56,162 nucleotides of DNA from the IMG/VR virus record IMGVR_UViG_3300045988_083024. One strand, 5' to 3'. Under the pieces are notes generated by a model. It ran no database searches. It saw nothing but the letters and a program-made list of their open reading frames with translations, and was not told where the DNA came from. Numbering within the stretch: the stretch's first letter is position 1; every line of letters starts with the position of its first letter. Source of the DNA: a virus. The translations under genes were made by a program, and so were the position numbers. Positions 27,242-35,218 of the stretch are shown here, piece after piece.

Positions 27242-27965
27242 CGGAAGCGAGATCACGTTCCGGGAGATTCTGGCAAGTGCCGTTATTGTGCTGGCGATGC
27301 TGATTCTGGGCACGGTCATTTCTGGCCGCATCAAGCAGATGGCAATGGAGCGCAAGCAGGAATATACCACCGCGATTGATATTTCTTCTGATGATCGGTT
27401 TGCCTACGGGCTGCGGACGGACGTTGGACGGGCATTCTGTTACGGTACACTGTCCGCCGTGGACACGGTATCGGAGGATCGGATCGGCGGGCCGTATATG
27501 TACATTTACTGCGAGGAACAGCACTACAATATGCACACCCGCACGGTAGCGCATACTGATGGCAAGGGTCACACCTATACTACCACGGAAATCTATTATT
27601 CGTGGGATTATGCGGGTTCTGATACATGGCATTCGCAGACTGTGCATTTTCTGGGCAAGGATTTTGACTACGGGCAAATAGATATGCCCAGTAGCGAGTA
27701 TCTGACCACAAAATACAGGGGTAGCAGCGTTCGATTTGAATACTATATCCGGCCTGTGGAGTACACGGGCACGATGTATGCCACGCTCACCGGGCACACG
27801 ATTCAGGATGCCGCGTTCCATGATGGAACTGACATTGACCAGACGCGGGAACTCCTGATGTCCGGCGCAGATGGCTGGGCAGTCATATTCTGGATAGTCT
27901 GGATCATTCTCACAGCGGCGGCTGTGTTCGGCTTCTGTACGCTTGAAAACGACTGGCTGAAATGA
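27177..27965 (+). CDS. Two-TM membrane protein with a central beta-rich domain (LemA partner; possibly GIDE-like)
   Basis: TM near each end (AVIVLAMLILGTVI; WAVIFWIVWIILTAAAVFGF). RBS GAGGT precedes ATG 27177. Overlaps the lemA 3' end. Confidence 0.55.
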   Translation: MRSYRSTYRRMLRLSETSLEINGSEITFREILASAVIVLAMLILGTVISGRIKQMAMERKQEYTTAIDISSDDRFAYGLRTDVGRAFCYGTLSAVDTVSEDRIGGPYMYIYCEEQHYNMHTRTVAHTDGKGHTYTTTEIYYSWDYAGSDTWHSQTVHFLGKDFDYGQIDMPSSEYLTTKYRGSSVRFEYYIRPVEYTGTMYATLTGHTIQDAAFHDGTDIDQTRELLMSGADGWAVIFWIVWIILTAAAVFGFCTLENDWLK

Positions 27966-27971
27966 GTATAC

Positions 27972-28007
27972 AGCCCGCAAAGGTATCCGCTTTTGCGGGC
28001 TTATTTT
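27972..28007 (+). terminator. Rho-independent terminator ending the VR2/LemA operon
   Basis: Stem agcccgcaaa/tttgcgggct, then TTATTTT. Confidence 0.65.
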
Positions 28008-28023
28008 GAAAGGGGTTTTACCT

Positions 28024-28734
28024 ATGGCTGTAAAAATCATCAAGGGCGATCTGCTCAACTGTGGGGCAGACATCATCTGTCACCAGACTAACTTTTTCGG
28101 CATGATGGGCGGTGGCGTGGCCGCGTCCATCTGGAATCAGCTGCTGGATCAGCAGGACAGGAAGGAATACTGCTCCCTGTGCCGCGATATGCGCGGCAGT
28201 CTGCTGGGCAGTGTCCAGATGCTCACTCATCATGGCAAGCCGTATGTGGCGAACCTGTTCTCCCAGATGGCAGAGCCGGATAAGTTCGACAGCCTGACCG
28301 ACTATCGCAAGCTGCGCCGTTGTCTGCATGAGGTCAAGATGTTCGCAAAGCAACGCGGCTACACTGTGGCGATGCCCGGATTTCTCGGCTGCGGCATTGC
28401 CGGTGGTAACTGGGATGAGGTGTATAAGATTATTCTGGAAACCTTTGAAAAGTACCCGCTGGACGTGTTCATTGTGTTCCTGCCCGGTATCACCATCCCC
28501 GGCGAGTACACGGTGGAGCTGTGGAAGGAACGCTGTGACCCGGTTCTGCACGAGTATCAGAGCCGCGTCAGCTTTGTCACTGGTCTGCCCAGTTTGGATG
28601 AAGCAACGGCCTATGTGCATCGGTACATTGCCGAAAACAATGACGGGGTAAACCTGTTCAAGATCATGGATTCCAAGAACCAGCAGATCAAGACGTTTTA
28701 CCGGGATGGCAATGGAAAGGTGGTACAGGAATGA
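28024..28734 (+). CDS. Macrodomain protein with an uncharacterised ~90-aa C-terminal extension
   Basis: IIKGDLLNCGADIICHQTNFFGMMGGGVAASI and AMPGFLGCGIAGGNWDEV match macrodomain ADP-ribose-binding loops. Confidence 0.7.
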   Translation: MAVKIIKGDLLNCGADIICHQTNFFGMMGGGVAASIWNQLLDQQDRKEYCSLCRDMRGSLLGSVQMLTHHGKPYVANLFSQMAEPDKFDSLTDYRKLRRCLHEVKMFAKQRGYTVAMPGFLGCGIAGGNWDEVYKIILETFEKYPLDVFIVFLPGITIPGEYTVELWKERCDPVLHEYQSRVSFVTGLPSLDEATAYVHRYIAENNDGVNLFKIMDSKNQQIKTFYRDGNGKVVQE

Positions 28735-29357
28735 GCGTAGAATTGAGGGATTGCCCGTTCTGTCATAGGCCCGCCGTATTTGTTGGTGTGCATGACAATG
28801 AGGGCAACTATAAAGGCGTTCCCGGATGCGAGTACGAAAGCGATCCGTGGAGTGGTTTGTCCTATGGCCTGCATCATAAAGGCTGGGGCGAATGTGTCCT
28901 TTGCACCTGCGGCGAAGATGCAGTTATGGGCGGTGTTCTGTTCGACACAGCAGAACAAGCTGCCCGTTATTGGAATTACGGAGGCAATCTTATGAAGAAA
29001 AAAGCAATGATTTCCCAGCCGATGAACGGCAAAACGGACAAGGAGATACTGGCCGTCCGAGATCAGGCCGTCAACACGCTTACCCAGATGGGCTATCGGT
29101 TTGTCAATAGCTTGTTTGAGGATGATGGCAAGGAAGAATACTGGTTTACCCCGGATGCCCTTAAAAAGCGCGGCATTGAGAACATCCCGCTGTGCTACCT
29201 TGCCCGCTCTCTGGAAGTTATGTCGCAGTGCCATGCTGTCTACTTCTGCAAGGGCTGGGATCAGGCTCGTGGATGCCGTTTGGAGCATGATGCCGCTGTC
29301 GCCTACGGCATGGAAGTCCTCTACGAGGACGGCGCAGCGCGGGAGGTAAAGGGATGA
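28731..29357 (+). CDS. Fusion ORF: Lar-like zinc ribbon (N-terminus) plus DUF4406 / nucleoside 2-deoxyribosyltransferase-like domain (C-terminus)
   Basis: N-terminus LRDCPFCH...CTCG...AEQAARYWN. C-terminus MKKKAMISQPMNGK...AVYFCKGWDQARGCRLEH. No stop codon separates them. Confidence 0.5.
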   Translation: MSVELRDCPFCHRPAVFVGVHDNEGNYKGVPGCEYESDPWSGLSYGLHHKGWGECVLCTCGEDAVMGGVLFDTAEQAARYWNYGGNLMKKKAMISQPMNGKTDKEILAVRDQAVNTLTQMGYRFVNSLFEDDGKEEYWFTPDALKKRGIENIPLCYLARSLEVMSQCHAVYFCKGWDQARGCRLEHDAAVAYGMEVLYEDGAAREVKG

Positions 29358-30085
29358 CATTTTGTGGTGTTCCGTCAATTCGCCCATACTGGAATGGATG
29401 CCAAAATCTAATGAATGGCAAGAGGTTGAAAGTTCTGGAACTTTTTGCGGGAACACGCAGTATTGGAAACGCCTTTGAATCGAAAGGGCATGAGGTGTTT
29501 TCCGTTGAGTGGGACAAGAATTTTGAAAATATCAATCTTTACGCCGATATTTTGAATGTCAGTGCGGACGATATTCTATCAAGATTTGGACACCCGGATG
29601 TAATTTGGGCAAGTCCAGACTGTACCACGTTCAGTATTGCCGCTATTAGTCACCACAGGAAAAGAAACCCGGACACAGGGAATCTTGACCCGGTGAGCGA
29701 TTACGCAAAGTTCTGTGATAAGGTCGATCAGCACGTTTTACAGCTTATAAAAGACCTTGACCCGGCACTTTACTTTATCGAGAACCCACGGGGGGGGATG
29801 CGGAAAATGGCTTGGATGAAGTCTTTACCGCGTTATACTGTTACATATTGTCAGTACGGCGATACACGGATGAAACCAACTGACATCTGGACAAATCACC
29901 CTGATCCTCAATTCAAGCCCATGTGTAAGAATGGCGATCCGTGCCATGTTCCAGCCCCCAGAGGGAGCAAAACAGGCACACAGGGCTTGAAAAACAGCAG
30001 AGAGAGAAGCGTTATACCTAAACTGCTTTGTCAACATATCGTTGATATTTCGGAACGATACTTTAAGGAGAACAGCCATGCGTAG
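29354..30085 (+). CDS. DNA cytosine-C5 methyltransferase (short form)
   Basis: VLELFAGTRS (motif I), SPDCTTFS (motif IV-like, catalytic Cys), FIENPRG (motif VI). Confidence 0.7.
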   Translation: MTFCGVPSIRPYWNGCQNLMNGKRLKVLELFAGTRSIGNAFESKGHEVFSVEWDKNFENINLYADILNVSADDILSRFGHPDVIWASPDCTTFSIAAISHHRKRNPDTGNLDPVSDYAKFCDKVDQHVLQLIKDLDPALYFIENPRGGMRKMAWMKSLPRYTVTYCQYGDTRMKPTDIWTNHPDPQFKPMCKNGDPCHVPAPRGSKTGTQGLKNSRERSVIPKLLCQHIVDISERYFKENSHA

Positions 30086-30602
30086 AGCAATCGCAATAGA
30101 CTTTGACGGTACTATCTGTACCAACGCATACCCGAACATCGGAGAACCAAAATGGGCACTTATCAATGAAGCCCTCAAGCAACAGAAAGCTGGTGCGGGG
30201 CTGATCCTCTGGACGTGTCGGGAGGGTGTTTACCTGTCTGCCGCAGTTGCGGCGTGTGAGAGTTGGGGGCTACACTTTGATGCGGTGAACCAGAGCCTCC
30301 CGGACTGGATCAAGGCATGGGGCACAAACCCGCGCAAGGTTGCTGCCAGCGAATACTGGGATGACCGGGCTATCAGCATCATCGGTGATACCGTCAAGTG
30401 GTTCTATGACGCGCCCATTGTTACCCGGTGCGGCCAGTGCAAGTATAGCGCAGAGGCATCCGCGCAGACCAAGCGATACGGCCATCCGGGAACAATGCTG
30501 TGCGAGAATCGGTTCAGCCCTTGCAATCACCGGTATGTCAATGTGCTTGACTTTTGCAGTTATGCAGAGAGAAAGGAAAAAGAAGATGGCAAGTCTGAAT
30601 GA
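30078..30602 (+). CDS. HAD-like hydrolase with a Cys-rich C-terminus
   Basis: AIDFDGTI (DxDGT) N-terminal motif. RBS AAGGAG. Confidence 0.5.
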   Translation: MRRAIAIDFDGTICTNAYPNIGEPKWALINEALKQQKAGAGLILWTCREGVYLSAAVAACESWGLHFDAVNQSLPDWIKAWGTNPRKVAASEYWDDRAISIIGDTVKWFYDAPIVTRCGQCKYSAEASAQTKRYGHPGTMLCENRFSPCNHRYVNVLDFCSYAERKEKEDGKSE

Positions 30603-30897
30603 AAAAGTGCGGCAACACGCCGCCGTGTGTAACGAACTGAATGCACTGTTTGCCCGCAAGAATGCGGACTATGGCGATGCGTTCCATACGTCCTTTTTGG
30701 ATGAGGGCTTGGCGATGGCCCGTATCCGGCTGGGCGATAAGCTGGCCCGGTTCAAGAATCTTTCCCGTTCCAACGTGCAGATGGTCAGTGATGAGGGTAT
30801 CCGGGATACCCTGATTGACCTTGCAAACTATGCCATTATGACGGTGATGGAACTGGACAATCTGGAACAGGAGGGCGCAGACCATGAAGATCATTAA
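30586..30897 (+). CDS. DUF1599-like protein (nucleotide-modification-associated helical domain)
   Basis: RKNADYGDAF...RIRLGDKLARFKNL...DTLIDLANYAIM. Start taken at the internal ATG. Confidence 0.5.
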   Translation: MASLNEKVRQHAAVCNELNALFARKNADYGDAFHTSFLDEGLAMARIRLGDKLARFKNLSRSNVQMVSDEGIRDTLIDLANYAIMTVMELDNLEQEGADHEDH

Positions 30898-31546
30898 CGC
30901 CAACGTGGAGTTTATCACACCTATCAATGGGGCCGTGATTTTGCAGCGGCTGGAGCAGTGCGGGCGTGTCTGCTACAAGTCGGAGGACAAGATCACCGAT
31001 ACCAGCGCAGAGGCGTTTGTCCGGGGCATCATCCGCCGGGGGCATGAGGCGGTGATGGAGCATTGCTCTTTCACGGTCAAGTTTATCTGTGATCGCGGCG
31101 TATCGCATGAGATCGTCCGGCATCGGATGGCATCTTTCTGCCAAGAATCTACCCGCTACTGCAATTACAGCAAGGACAAGTTCGATGGCGAGTTGACGTT
31201 CATCAAGCCGTGCTTCTGGGATGAACATTCCGATCAGATGGTTCTGTGGAAGTCCGCCATGACCCTTGCCGAGAATCACTATCTGGGGCTGTTGAAATAC
31301 GGCGCAACGCCGCAGGAAGCCCGCGCTGTGCTGCCGAACAGCCTGAAAACCGAACTGGTGATGACGGCGAATATCCGCGAGTGGCGGCACTTCCTGAATC
31401 TCCGCTGTGACCCGGCGGCGCATCCGCAGATGCGGGAGGTTGCACTGCTTCTGCTTGACAAGCTACACGATGCAGTGCCTGTGTGCTTTGATGATCTCTG
31501 GGAAAAATGGTATCAAGGTGGGATGAGCAATGGCCGCTACATTTAA
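30884..31546 (+). CDS. thyX: Flavin-dependent thymidylate synthase
   Basis: ThyX signature RHRMASFCQESTRY, plus a downstream REWRHFLNLR. Confidence 0.85.
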   Translation: MKIINANVEFITPINGAVILQRLEQCGRVCYKSEDKITDTSAEAFVRGIIRRGHEAVMEHCSFTVKFICDRGVSHEIVRHRMASFCQESTRYCNYSKDKFDGELTFIKPCFWDEHSDQMVLWKSAMTLAENHYLGLLKYGATPQEARAVLPNSLKTELVMTANIREWRHFLNLRCDPAAHPQMREVALLLLDKLHDAVPVCFDDLWEKWYQGGMSNGRYI

Positions 31547-31901
31547 GCTACTGCCCTGCCCGTTCTGCGGCGGTCAGGCGCGTGTCCGGGCCTACCAGAA
31601 GAACCGCACTTACTACATCGGCTGCGCTAAATGTGGCGCACGAAGCCGAGCCGTGGGGCGTATGCCGTGGCACGATAGTATCTACATCGCACAGGGCAAC
31701 GCTGCAAAGCTCTGGAATGATCGTGTAAAGGCTCAACCGAAGCCGCGTCCAGTGGCGCATTGGATTCAGTGCAGCCCGGATGATGATACCCGGTATGAAT
31801 GCTCTAGGTGCGGCTGTGAAGTATCTAACGAGTGGGATTATGACGATCCCGAAATGTTCAGCTTTTGCCCTATTTGCGGGGCTGTAATACAGGAGGAATG
31901 A
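31530..31901 (+). CDS. Lar-family restriction-alleviation-like protein plus a second zinc ribbon
   Basis: LLPCPFCGGQARV...YYIGCAKCGARS...AAKLWNDRV, then VAHWIQC..ECSRCG...FCPICG. Confidence 0.55.
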   Translation: MAATFKLLPCPFCGGQARVRAYQKNRTYYIGCAKCGARSRAVGRMPWHDSIYIAQGNAAKLWNDRVKAQPKPRPVAHWIQCSPDDDTRYECSRCGCEVSNEWDYDDPEMFSFCPICGAVIQEE

Positions 31902-31904
31902 CCT

Positions 31905-32234
31905 GTGGAGCAGTATCTTGATCGTGCGCTGGTTTTGCGAACTCTCAGATACACAACAATCCAGCCGCCCGCTGATGATAACATCATCGCACTTACCTTA
32001 CAAACCGCGCGGGATAGGGTTGAGAAACTTCCCACTGTCAGCCTGAAAAATGCCCGCTCTGTGGCGCATTGGATTTATTGCGGTGATGATAATACGATCG
32101 AGTGTGAGGAATGCACCGCCTCTTATAAGTTGTCACCTTATGAGAATGTTACAGATTTTTCGTACTGTCCGAATTGCGGAAATCCTATGGACGTGTTCAA
32201 TGTGAAAACACCGGAAGAAAGGAATAACCTATGA
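31905..32234 (+). CDS. Zinc-ribbon protein (paralogous to the C-terminal half of 31530-31901)
   Basis: VAHWIYCGDDNTIECEECT...YCPNCGNPM. GTG start with AGGAGG RBS. Confidence 0.5.
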   Translation: MEQYLDRALVLRTLRYTTIQPPADDNIIALTLQTARDRVEKLPTVSLKNARSVAHWIYCGDDNTIECEECTASYKLSPYENVTDFSYCPNCGNPMDVFNVKTPEERNNL

Positions 32235-32500
32235 CGAAAGAACCTGAATATCATGTCGGATGCGGCTTGTTCGGTATCTACGCGGGCACTCTGATGAAGC
32301 CCAAAAAAGACGGCATGATTATGTGGCGCAAGAAGTCGGATGTCACCGAAGAAGCAATCCATGCAGTTATGCAGTATTTCAAGCAGACAATGGATGGGCA
32401 CGATAAAACCGCTGCCAGCGCGTCCTACGAGTTCGCAGACGGGCGCACGTTGACAGTCAACTTTACGATTACCCAGCCGGATAATAAGGAGGGTGATTAA
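32231..32500 (+). CDS. Hypothetical protein
   Basis: 89-aa ORF, ATGA-coupled to the previous gene. Confidence 0.45.
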   Translation: MTKEPEYHVGCGLFGIYAGTLMKPKKDGMIMWRKKSDVTEEAIHAVMQYFKQTMDGHDKTAASASYEFADGRTLTVNFTITQPDNKEGD

Positions 32501-32501
32501 C

Positions 32502-32645
32502 ATGGTAGGAATTGCAATTTTTCTGTTCATCGTGCTGTTAGTGCTTTTCGTGTTTGCTCTGTGCTCGGAGTTTAAGCAGGCAGAGCAAGAGGGTGAACGG
32601 ATGGCCGCAGAATTTACCGCTAGGAGGAACCGCCATGAACACTAA
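32502..32645 (+). CDS. Small single-TM protein (47 aa)
   Basis: MVGIAIFLFIVLLVLFVFALC... RBS AAGGAGG 8 nt upstream. Not in the ORF track. Confidence 0.4.
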   Translation: MVGIAIFLFIVLLVLFVFALCSEFKQAEQEGERMAAEFTARRNRHEH

Positions 32646-33186
32646 AACCGTTATCGGAATCTCCGCCGGGCTGCTGGGGTCTACCCTGATCCTGTTCGGC
32701 ATTGCTGCACGGACGGCAAATGCCCGCATTGATGAGCTGACCGCAGAGCGTGACATCTATGCAAGCCGGGCCGCAAATGAGGCTAATAGAGCGGCGGATA
32801 TGGAGTATAATTACTCGGCCATGAAGCTGGCCTACGACAAGCTGAAAGCCGCGCACGAGGCCCTCTCTGACGGGCTGACGGCATCCTATGCGGGTGACTT
32901 CCTTTGCACGTCCTATGATCTGAATTGTGACGTGTGCCAGACCACCAACATCACATACAGCGGGGAGGCCCCGATACCCGGCTACACGGTTGCTGCTGAC
33001 CTGTCCACCTTCCCCATTGGCACATGGTTATACATTGAGGGTCTGGGCATCCGCCGGGTGACGGATACAGGCGGCGGCGTGGGCAAGAATCAGCTGGATG
33101 TGCTAGTAGCTGGGAACCACGATGACGCTAAGGCGTGGCAGGGCTACGGGATGCACCGTGTCTGGATTCTGGAGGGCGTGGAATGA
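32635..33186 (+). CDS. Membrane-anchored 3D-domain (RlpA/MltA-like) protein
   Basis: N-terminal TM and coiled-coil, then YTVAADLSTFPIGTWLYIEGLGIRRVTDTGGGV..NQLDV. RBS AGGAGG. Confidence 0.6.
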   Translation: MNTKTVIGISAGLLGSTLILFGIAARTANARIDELTAERDIYASRAANEANRAADMEYNYSAMKLAYDKLKAAHEALSDGLTASYAGDFLCTSYDLNCDVCQTTNITYSGEAPIPGYTVAADLSTFPIGTWLYIEGLGIRRVTDTGGGVGKNQLDVLVAGNHDDAKAWQGYGMHRVWILEGVE

Positions 33187-33578
33187 CCGCAAAAGATTTG
33201 CACGTTGGGCAGACCGTCTACGTTTATTATTGTGGGTACGATCCGCGCCGGGCTAAAGAGTTTGGTCTTAAACCCGCTACGATTAAAAGCATAGGCCGGA
33301 AGTGGTTCTATTTGGATGAGATTGGCTATCCGCTATGCTACCGATTCAGCATTGAAACGGGCGCGATTGATGGGCATGGGTATTCTAGCGAATACAAAGC
33401 TATCCTTGATCCTGCCAAGTATTATGACGCGATAGATCGCAGCATAGTAAATGATGTTACACGACAGATCGGCGCACTACGAAACTGCTCTATGGATCAG
33501 ATACGAGAGATCGCCCGTATTCTGGGTATCGAGAACAAATTCTGTGAGCGTAAATACAAAGCCAAAGAAAACGCTTGA
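33183..33578 (+). CDS. Hypothetical protein
   Basis: About 131 aa; the ATGA start overlaps the previous stop. Confidence 0.45.
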   Translation: MTAKDLHVGQTVYVYYCGYDPRRAKEFGLKPATIKSIGRKWFYLDEIGYPLCYRFSIETGAIDGHGYSSEYKAILDPAKYYDAIDRSIVNDVTRQIGALRNCSMDQIREIARILGIENKFCERKYKAKENA

Positions 33579-33617
33579 CTTTTTGTGTGGTCAATAATAA
33601 TATAGTTGTACACACAA
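33575..33617 (+). promoter_or_regulatory. Promoter TTGACT-17-TAATAT with TTGT-N4-ACAA type palindromes
   Basis: -35 at 33575-80 and -10 at 33598-603. ttgtgtggtcaa (33583) lies in the spacer; ttgtacacacaa (33606) lies just downstream. Confidence 0.55.
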
Positions 33618-33638
33618 TATCGGAAAGGTGGATTTGTC

Positions 33639-33830
33639 ATGGCTGAGAAAATGGGCCGTCCGCTTTCGGAAAACCCCAAGACCACCCGGCTGGAAATCAG
33701 GGTAACACCTGACGAAAAGCAGGAAATCATGGAACTGGCTAGAGCGTCCGGCCACAGTCTGCGCGAGTTGTTGCAGATCGGCATTGAAGCCGTGCGGCGG
33801 GAAAACGAGCCGGATTGCGAGTATCATTAA
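33639..33830 (+). CDS. Ribbon-helix-helix DNA-binding protein
   Basis: Beta strand TRLEIRVTP followed by two helices (DEKQEIMELARASGHSLRELLQIGIE). Confidence 0.6.
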   Translation: MAEKMGRPLSENPKTTRLEIRVTPDEKQEIMELARASGHSLRELLQIGIEAVRRENEPDCEYH

Positions 33831-33857
33831 CGAAAACGGCCTGTTTTAACGAATGAA

Positions 33858-33903
33858 AGCCCTCAGAGTTTGGAACATTACCAGCTCTGGGGGCTTTTTA
33901 TTT
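33858..33903 (+). terminator. Rho-independent terminator
   Basis: Stem agccctcagag/ctctgggggct, then TTTTTATTTTT. Confidence 0.65.
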
Positions 33904-33977
33904 TTGTCCGCACAAAAAATATTTTGAAAAACTATTGACTTTTTGTGCGGACAAGAATATACTTACTGTGCGGACAA
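33904..33977 (+). promoter_or_regulatory. Promoter TTGACT-17-TATACT with three copies of a 12-bp palindrome
   Basis: ttgtccgcacaa (33904), ttgtgcggacaa (33943, in the spacer), ctgtgcggacaa (33966). -35 at 33935-40, -10 at 33958-63. Confidence 0.6.
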
Positions 33978-34005
33978 AAAGTAGAACAAGCCGCAGAAAG
34001 AAAGG

Positions 34006-34392
34006 ATGACCACTATGAAGCCTACGATTGAAATTCTCAGCACCCTGACCGATGACCAGTACACCACGTTCCGCATGATGCGCACCCGCTGCTACTGCTG
34101 GAACCCCGATGCCGAGAAGATCACCTTTGAATCCGACATCGGCGAGCAGACCATGACCTTTGACACATGGGAGGATGCCCGGAGATTCGCAGAAAGCCCC
34201 GACAAGAATCAGTACATCCGTAAATCCGATGTCGTGTCTATGCTGAACGAGCGTCTGGACAGCATTAAAACGGGCATGGACTATGCGAGGGATCGGATGG
34301 ATCACGAAGTATTCAGCCTCTACCATCGCCAATATACCGAGGTCAAGTCCATCCTGAGTGATCTGGACGATCTGGAGCAGCACGAGTTCTAA
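34006..34392 (+). CDS. Hypothetical acidic protein (the start may be ATG 34015)
   Basis: 128-aa ORF downstream of the operator-containing promoter. Confidence 0.5.
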   Translation: MTTMKPTIEILSTLTDDQYTTFRMMRTRCYCWNPDAEKITFESDIGEQTMTFDTWEDARRFAESPDKNQYIRKSDVVSMLNERLDSIKTGMDYARDRMDHEVFSLYHRQYTEVKSILSDLDDLEQHEF

Positions 34393-34455
34393 CCGATGCA
34401 AACCTGCCTGACGATGACCCGGCGGCACGGGTCGAAACACTCCCCCTAGTAGGGA

Positions 34456-34758
34456 GTGTCGCGGGAGCCAATACCGCAGAACACGGAGGGTTTTACCACG
34501 AAAAGAGTTACATTCACTTACGATTCCAAGGACATGAAGCACGGCATCAACGGCGAGATCGGCGAGGCTTGCGCGTCCATCTTGCTGGACGATGACCGGG
34601 CAGAGGAAATCCGCGCTGCATTCAACGAGAACCGCAAAGCCGCAGCCACTTACATCATGCGTGAGCGGGCAATCGGATTCTGTTGGAGCTGCGAGCATCT
34701 GCGCGGGCGTGGGTTTATCGAGGACAGCATCAGGAGCGTACAGGTTGAGGACATCTAA
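34456..34758 (+). CDS. Hypothetical protein (start unclear)
   Basis: 100-aa ORF with protein-like composition. Only a GTG start with no spaced RBS. Preceded by two hairpins (34416-34433, 34437-34459). Confidence 0.35.
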   Translation: MSREPIPQNTEGFTTKRVTFTYDSKDMKHGINGEIGEACASILLDDDRAEEIRAAFNENRKAAATYIMRERAIGFCWSCEHLRGRGFIEDSIRSVQVEDI

Positions 34759-34774
34759 CAGGGAGGGCAAGGCT

Positions 34775-35098
34775 ATGAGCATCGCAACTATTATTCTCGA
34801 TCAGCTGGGCGGGCCGGGATTTATTATGATGACTGGGGCCAAGAACTTTGTTTCGGACGGTAACACACTCCGCATGACCCTGCCGCGTAACGCAAGCGGC
34901 GCGAACCGTTTGTATATCACCCTCACCCCGATGGATGATTACACGATGCGGTTCTTCAAGCACACCAATGGCCGGATCACCCGCACGGGCCGCTGGATTG
35001 ATGACAAGAATACCGATGTCGAGGTGGTCAATGGTGTGTTCTGTGACACGTTGCAGGAGAACTTCACCCGTGTTACCGGGCTGGCAACTCATCTTTGA
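34775..35098 (+). CDS. Hypothetical protein
   Basis: MSIATIILDQLGG... RBS GGGAGGG 7 nt upstream of the ATG. Confidence 0.5.
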   Translation: MSIATIILDQLGGPGFIMMTGAKNFVSDGNTLRMTLPRNASGANRLYITLTPMDDYTMRFFKHTNGRITRTGRWIDDKNTDVEVVNGVFCDTLQENFTRVTGLATHL

Positions 35099-35169
35099 TA
35101 GGAGGTCTGAACGATGTTCAAGCCTATCACTATTACCATCGGTGTGAATGGCCGGGATGTGTGATAAAA

Positions 35170-35212
35170 ATGCCCCACTGGAAACCCTTTATACAAGTTT
35201 CTAGTGGGGCAT
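35170..35212. terminator. Bidirectional terminator between convergent genes
   Basis: 10-bp stem atgccccact/agtggggcat, with an A-run before it and a T-rich run after. Confidence 0.55.
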
Positions 35213-35218
35213 TATAGT

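Noticed and set aside
34416-34459. Two adjacent hairpins (gacccg/cgggtc and acactccc/gggagtgt); considered as a small RNA or attP.
   Set aside because: Short stems, no T-run and no promoter signal. They overlap the uncertain start of ORF 34456, so the evidence is insufficient.
35114-35164. 16-codon micro-ORF (MFKPITITIGVNGRDV) with a perfect AGGAGG RBS.
   Set aside because: Too short to evaluate and no recognisable family. It may be real, but sequence alone does not support calling it.
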